The notes under the pieces: model-generated
The model's database searches: none
What the model was told of the DNA's origin: nothing
What the model saw: only the letters and a program-made list of their open reading frames with translations
In this document: one piece after another, positions 58,978 to 64,000 of the stretch
Numbering within the stretch: the stretch's first letter is position 1
Layout: each line of letters opens with the position of its first letter
Program-made: the position numbers and the translations under genes
From: a virus
Lineage: Duplodnaviria > Caudoviricetes
IMG/VR virus record: IMGVR_UViG_3300021060_000040
Span: 32,001-96,000 of that record
DNA length: 64,000 bases
Strand: one strand, 5' to 3'

Positions 58978-60126
58978 TCAAGTGCGGTACTGAATCGTCC
59001 CGCCAGTGGTCACCGGGTCGAGCTGGTTTGGATCCAGATTGTGCAGACTCAAAGGATCGTCTGGATCGACCAGCGTGAACGGCTTATTTGTGTTGGGTTG
59101 ACGCGCCAGGATCGAGGTATGGATGCCGTCGTTCTTGACGTAATCATGGGTTACGGTGTCAGCGACGTAGGGGCCGTTGACGGGGTCGAAAAGCTTGCGA
59201 ACCAGGATCGGCATCTGGTCGCGGATCCACGGATCACCCTTCGCGAGCTTGAAATGAGCTTCGCAACGTTGCCGGCGCAGCATGTCCATCACGGAATTGG
59301 CCTGTCTCTCGGCCTCCTCCTTGGAGTTCATCTGCTTTTCGTAGAGGTACGTCTTGGTCGGATCGCCCTTGGAAAGATCGATTGGACCGCCATGCTTCTC
59401 AGTATTGTCGTTCGTCACCCAGCGCTGTTTTTGCGTGGTCTTCTCGAGGTAAGGAACGACGACCCGGGCGTAGGCGGTACGCTCGGAGAAGCGCACCGAA
59501 TAGCCGTCTTGCGCCGCAAGCATATGCGGCTCGAGGACCAGGACGGGCTGACTCCCCCCAGTGAACTTGTCGCCATCGCCGCGCTGCTTGAAGATCAAGA
59601 AGCCGTTCTCGAACTTGGCGATCGCACCGAAACGCCGCTCGAGCTCGTGCAGCATGTGCAGCGGGCTCATGGTCTGATTGAAGAACGGCACCTTGAGGTC
59701 GCGAAGTTCACTGGTCACTCGGGGGATTACACCTCCCTTGCCGGCAATCTCGTCGATGATCTCGCCGAGCGTGCGATTGTCGTGAGCTTGAATCGCCGGG
59801 GCCTTCAGGGCGCCCATGAACCCTATCGATGTCCCGGTGATGGTCAGGCTATGCGGGCCGCCTTTGTAATCGTAAGTGTTGATTTGATATACACCCGCGT
59901 CCGCAAGCCCAACTTCCTGATATCCAAGATACAACCGAAGCAAAGCTCCGGTATCCGGCGTCGCGAGCTTGAAATCCCGGTTGTCCAGCGTGATCGACAT
60001 TGTGTCGCTCTTGCCGCCAGCGGAAGTCAGCTGGACCTGGATTGACGTCGTCCGATCGTTGAACCGATCGGTAATATCGGCGTCGTCCTTCATGATCTTA
60101 TAGATCGGGGTATAGCCGATCGGCAT
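58978..60126 (-). CDS. P2 gpD-like baseplate hub (late control D)
   Basis: DITDRF...SDTMSITLD...LYLGY...TLGEII.EIA...QT; order after gpU/gpX. Confidence 0.85.
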   Translation of the reverse strand: MPIGYTPIYKIMKDDADITDRFNDRTTSIQVQLTSAGGKSDTMSITLDNRDFKLATPDTGALLRLYLGYQEVGLADAGVYQINTYDYKGGPHSLTITGTSIGFMGALKAPAIQAHDNRTLGEIIDEIAGKGGVIPRVTSELRDLKVPFFNQTMSPLHMLHELERRFGAIAKFENGFLIFKQRGDGDKFTGGSQPVLVLEPHMLAAQDGYSVRFSERTAYARVVVPYLEKTTQKQRWVTNDNTEKHGGPIDLSKGDPTKTYLYEKQMNSKEEAERQANSVMDMLRRQRCEAHFKLAKGDPWIRDQMPILVRKLFDPVNGPYVADTVTHDYVKNDGIHTSILARQPNTNKPFTLVDPDDPLSLHNLDPNQLDPVTTGGTIQYRT

Positions 60127-60142
60127 TACGGGCCTCGGAAAT

Positions 60143-60171
60143 AAAAAAAGCCGCCCTGGGTGGGGCGGCTT
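60143..60171 (-). terminator. intrinsic terminator between gpX and gpD
   Basis: Minus strand AGCCGCCC-CACCCA-GGGCGGCT followed by a T-run. Confidence 0.75.
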
Positions 60172-60189
60172 GGCATCTGGATGAGCCTC

Positions 60190-60414
60190 TCAATCCCAGA
60201 GGCGGACCTGCCGGATGACGGGCGTCGAGGGCGTTGTGCTGGCCGGACGCTCGGGCAAGTGGATCCTGAGACCTCTCGGCAGCACGAGATCACGCGCCTC
60301 AAGACCGGGATTATGTTCGATCACGTATTCGACGATGCCGTTCTCAGTGTCGCCGTATCGTTCGTTGACGATATGATCGAGCACTTCGTACATCTTGGTG
60401 ATGTAATGCGCCAT
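60190..60414 (-). CDS. P2 gpX-like tail protein (LysM-like)
   Basis: LDHIV..RYG...VIEHNPGL...LP.G..I.LP...VRLWD. Confidence 0.9.
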   Translation of the reverse strand: MAHYITKMYEVLDHIVNERYGDTENGIVEYVIEHNPGLEARDLVLPRGLRIHLPERPASTTPSTPVIRQVRLWD

Positions 60415-60992
60415 CAGGACTCAGTCTGCTTCTTGTAGCCTTCGCGGGCGCCGAAGAAGAATTCGTTGGCGGCACCATCGCCCGGGTCTTCGCCGAGCAT
60501 CACGAGTTCGATGTGGAATTCGACGACGTCGGGCAGGCCGGCCGCGCCGATCTTCAATTCGCCCTGTTTGACATTCCTGACGCCCCAGGGGCCTGGGATC
60601 ACACCGGAATTGTATTGGTAGGCACCGGTCGGCGTGCCATCCTGGCTGTATTCGGCCTCGACCCAAAAACGCGTTAGGATAAAGCGCTGCCCTTTCGTGG
60701 CTTGGCGCAGACGATCGAGAGTTTTCAGGCCGCCGAACAGATGGGGATAAAGCCGCCCCTCAATTATGATCGTCTCTTCGCTGTTGCCGGTCCATTGAAA
60801 GGCCGGGTCGCGACCAAGCCGACCCTGGGAAACCCAGCTTCCATTGGTGCTGCGCGTGAGCGTGTTGAAACCCGGGGAGGCGATACCGGGGCGGGGCGAG
60901 TAGAAGTTGATCGTGAGATCGAGCCCGGAGACTTGGGAGCCTGCGGGCAGGTCTATGCGATGCAGCCCCAGGAGGGTCTGCGCCTGTTCCAT
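60414..60992 (-). CDS. P2 gpU-like tail tube initiator
   Basis: LTRS...W..QGRLGR.PA.QWTG..EETI.IEG.LYP...GG. Confidence 0.85.
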   Translation of the reverse strand: MEQAQTLLGLHRIDLPAGSQVSGLDLTINFYSPRPGIASPGFNTLTRSTNGSWVSQGRLGRDPAFQWTGNSEETIIIEGRLYPHLFGGLKTLDRLRQATKGQRFILTRFWVEAEYSQDGTPTGAYQYNSGVIPGPWGVRNVKQGELKIGAAGLPDVVEFHIELVMLGEDPGDGAANEFFFGAREGYKKQTES

Positions 60993-61083
60993 TTGCTATG
61001 TCCTTGCAATCGCGCAAGCATCCGCGCACGGCTAGGCGGCCCGGCACCCCGAAGGGTCCAGGCGCGCCTCATGCTGTGCTCGT

Positions 61084-64000
61084 TCAGGTGAGTTCCGGCT
61101 CCATATCATGCGCCCGAAAGTTGCGGGCTTCGGACACATGCCGCTGGAGGAGGTTCGCGATCTCCTGCGGAGACTGGTTTCCGGCGTGGATGGTGACCGG
61201 TGCGTGGATGGTCGTGGTGTTGCCGCCGTCACCCGCGCCATCCTGTGAGCGGGATGGCTTGCCGGATGCTGGCTTCATCTGATCGGCGAGACCCTCGGCC
61301 GAAGGTTTGCTGCCACCGGCTCCGGCCAAGGCTTCTGGCGATGGCTTCAGGGCGGAGGTCGGATTGGCTGAGCCGCCGAACTTCCTTGCAAATCCCTCGG
61401 CCAGGGCGCCGCGCTTGGCCCGCTCATCCAGTTTGGGCCGCTCGAAGTTCTTGACGAAGGCGCCCCCGGCCTCGCGGGCCGAGATGCCCGGCGTCTGCAG
61501 GATCTTGAGTGCCCGCCGCGCTCCGGCGTCCCCGTGGTTCATCTCCCACCAGGCGCCTTCGAGCTGCTTCTCGAAGCTGGCCGTGCTCATGTTGATGCCG
61601 GTGGCGGCCAGGATCTGGGCGCGCCGATCGGCATGGTGCTGGAACAGGCCGTGCGCCTTGCCGCCGTCGCCGCGGGAGTTCGGCGTGAAGTTCGACTCGA
61701 CTTTCATCGACGCCAGGATGCCGGCAGTCGCCTCCTCGCTCAGGCCCTTCGACCTGAAGAAGTCATGCGCCGCCTTGGCCCGCGCCGCCACGTCGCCTTT
61801 CATCGCCGGATCGGTGACACCGTCGCCGATGCCATCACCGAAGCGGTTGCTCCCGGAGCCGTACCAGCCCGGCACTTCCATGCCGGCATGGCCGCCGCCG
61901 CCGGCGCCGCCGCCGGCGATCGCGCCGTCCGGTGCCGTCAGGCCGCCGAACCCCGCCAAGCCGCCGAAGCTGGCGAGCTGAGCGCGAGTTCCGCTATCCA
62001 GCGCGGTGGCGGTCCGGGCGGTGTTGCGCACCACCTCGTCGAGCGGATTGAAGGCTGCGTTGTGGAGGAGCTTTTGATAGGCCCCGGCCGGGTTGCCGTC
62101 AGGGCTGTTGTAGCTCTGGCGATGGATGGTGGCCGGCGAGTCCTGGCTCGATGATTGTTCCTTATCCCGCTGCGCCTTCGCCCATTCGCCGAGCTGCCGC
62201 ATCATCCGATCTTTGTCCTCCTTGGACTGATCCATGGTGAGCGGCATGGCGATCGCGGGCAGGTACCGGAGAAGGCCGCGGAGCCAGCCTGTCGCACCAC
62301 CTGCCGGTGCGCCTGGTTTCGGGAGGCCTTCACTGGGGGCGGCATCTGTCGGAGAGGCCGGCGGCTTCCCGGCGATCCGTCCAGCGACCTCCTTGAGGCC
62401 GCCGAAGCCGAAGTACTTGAGGACATTGTCCAGCAAGCCCACAGCAGCCAAGAGACCTCCGATGCCGTCCTTGACGAAGTCGAAGACCGAGAGGGCCGGC
62501 TTCAGCGCGAGAAGCGCCAACGAGAAGCCGATGATTTCACCCACGAGCTTGCCGATCGCTTTGGCGCTCGACGTATCGTAGCCGAATACCTTCAGCACAC
62601 GGGCGATCCCCTCGAAGATCCCCTTCACGACCTCCCAGGTGGTCTTGAGACCTTCGGCCAAGCCCTGGCCGAAGTCGCCGGCAGCTTGGATGTGTTTGAC
62701 AAAACCGTCGCCGTTCCCGAACGCGTCCGCGAGCAGGTCGCCAAGGTGGTTGTAGCCGAAGCCCTTGATCGCACCCGTCAGGAAGGAGTCGACGTACTTG
62801 GAGAATCCGCCCTCTCGCAGGTGATCGGCAAAGCCGGCGAACCAATGTTCGAACTCGTCAGCGAAGGGCTTGAACGCGTCGCCGATCGTAGCCTGAAGCG
62901 CCTTCCAGGAGGCATTGATCACATCGATGACGTGCAGCCAGCCCTCAAGGTGAATGTCCCACTTCTCATCGGTGAACCGATGGCCCTCGGACTTGTCGCT
63001 TTCTAAATTGGCAACGCGCCGGGCTTCGTCCATCGTATGCGGCTTACCGCCCATGCCGGCATAGATCTGTCCGAATTGGGCACCGAAGAACGCATTCGCG
63101 ATCTGCGCCTGCGTCATCTTATTTGGAATTGCACCGAGACGTTTATTGAACTCAAATATTTCTTCTGGGTTCTTATCGAATTTAGCAATGATAGCTTCAA
63201 GAGAACCGTACTTGAGAAGACGGGGCGCTTCGTCCTGGAGGAATCTTTCATCCTCGGTCAGCCGGTGGCCGGGACGTTCCATATGCCGAAGGGTCTTCGG
63301 AAGCAGATAGATCATGTCCATCTGGTGCTTGAGCGCGTGGACAGCCTGCTGCGCTTCGGCGCCGGCGCCGATCGCCGAGGCACCGTAGGCGAGCGAGGCC
63401 TGAGGGCTGAGGCCGAACTTGCCGCCGGTTTCAATGCCTGTCCGTGCGAACGACATCATCGCCTGTGAGGTCGCGACCGATTTGCCGCCGAGCGCGGCGG
63501 CAATGTTGGCCTGGCGCTCGAACTCGGCGAAGGCTTCTTTGGGCTTATCCTTGAATCTAGGGTCGCCGAACACCCTCGTGCCGAGATAACCAAGATCCTG
63601 CGTGGTCTCCTTGACATTCAGACCCATCAGCGTCGCGATTTTGGTAGACAGAACCGCGGAGTTGAGCATCTGCTCTTTCGGAATACCTGTCTTCGCTGCC
63701 TCTTTCGCCGAATCGATCATCGTTGCCGGATCGACGCCCAGCTCGATGCCTTTGCGGGTCGCCTCAGTCCGAAGCTTTTTCGCTTCCTCCTTGGTCATGT
63801 CGCCGTTGATCCGAGCGTCGATCAGGGCGGTATCGACCGCGACGGCGTCCCGGATCGCAGAACGCGCGGCTACGGTCGCAGCGCCCCCGACCCCGGCCGC
63901 CATGAAAGCCGGCGATGACATAAAGCCGCGCTGAGCAGCACGGTTAATCATCCTTCCGGGCGTATTCGCCAAATCGCGAGCGTGCTGTAGCGCCTCTTTC
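61084..64000 (-). CDS. tail tape measure protein with C-terminal lysozyme-like domain (5' end beyond window)
   Basis: Ala/Gly-rich helical body; GLSEEATAGILASMKVESNF...GLFQH...FERP; upstream of gpU. Confidence 0.88.
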   Translation of the reverse strand, partial: KEALQHARDLANTPGRMINRAAQRGFMSSPAFMAAGVGGAATVAARSAIRDAVAVDTALIDARINGDMTKEEAKKLRTEATRKGIELGVDPATMIDSAKEAAKTGIPKEQMLNSAVLSTKIATLMGLNVKETTQDLGYLGTRVFGDPRFKDKPKEAFAEFERQANIAAALGGKSVATSQAMMSFARTGIETGGKFGLSPQASLAYGASAIGAGAEAQQAVHALKHQMDMIYLLPKTLRHMERPGHRLTEDERFLQDEAPRLLKYGSLEAIIAKFDKNPEEIFEFNKRLGAIPNKMTQAQIANAFFGAQFGQIYAGMGGKPHTMDEARRVANLESDKSEGHRFTDEKWDIHLEGWLHVIDVINASWKALQATIGDAFKPFADEFEHWFAGFADHLREGGFSKYVDSFLTGAIKGFGYNHLGDLLADAFGNGDGFVKHIQAAGDFGQGLAEGLKTTWEVVKGIFEGIARVLKVFGYDTSSAKAIGKLVGEIIGFSLALLALKPALSVFDFVKDGIGGLLAAVGLLDNVLKYFGFGGLKEVAGRIAGKPPASPTDAAPSEGLPKPGAPAGGATGWLRGLLRYLPAIAMPLTMDQSKEDKDRMMRQLGEWAKAQRDKEQSSSQDSPATIHRQSYNSPDGNPAGAYQKLLHNAAFNPLDEVVRNTARTATALDSGTRAQLASFGGLAGFGGLTAPDGAIAGGGAGGGGHAGMEVPGWYGSGSNRFGDGIGDGVTDPAMKGDVAARAKAAHDFFRSKGLSEEATAGILASMKVESNFTPNSRGDGGKAHGLFQHHADRRAQILAATGINMSTASFEKQLEGAWWEMNHGDAGARRALKILQTPGISAREAGGAFVKNFERPKLDERAKRGALAEGFARKFGGSANPTSALKPSPEALAGAGGSKPSAEGLADQMKPASGKPSRSQDGAGDGGNTTTIHAPVTIHAGNQSPQEIANLLQRHVSEARNFRAHDMEPELT

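Overview
A 64-kb section of a large, GC-rich temperate phage of an Alphaproteobacterium. Host evidence is a GapR homologue, an alpha-type LexA box and an alpha-type SSB tail; a Methylobacterium-like host is a guess. It appears to be a phage-plasmid. The mostly plus-strand arm (1-52 kb) holds an immunity region with a CI-like repressor whose peptidase looks inactive, RusA, a DUF1376-type initiator with internal iteron-like repeats, a split Zn-finger plus intein-containing primase-helicase, SSB, RNA ligase, DnaQ, and YqaJ/SSAP recombination genes. It also holds an NAD+ salvage operon (NadM-Nudix + NAMPT), NrdJ, MazG-like, GapR, TerB/TerC, DHFR and ThyA. A plasmid-type module (wHTH Rep-like gene / ParA / RHH ParB-like gene) is followed by an accessory block (macro-like, SLOG, MT-A70, Pol-beta NTase, HD hydrolase). 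Two AT-rich antisense morons (FkbM methyltransferase, AIPR) lie near the junction. The minus-strand arm (54-64 kb) holds a tape measure protein, P2-like gpU/gpX/gpD (contractile tail), a GH19 endolysin, spanins, a metallophosphoesterase and a dNMP kinase. The most striking non-coding signals are: (i) a 984-bp array of 123 degenerate 8-mers, in phase with no indel, ending exactly at the parA start; (ii) a 14-bp motif TTGCGCGATT(G/T)CAA in about 17 intergenic copies, always oriented with transcription; (iii) a LexA box plus a second palindromic operator-like motif. All protein calls are by motif recognition from the translations, not database searches.
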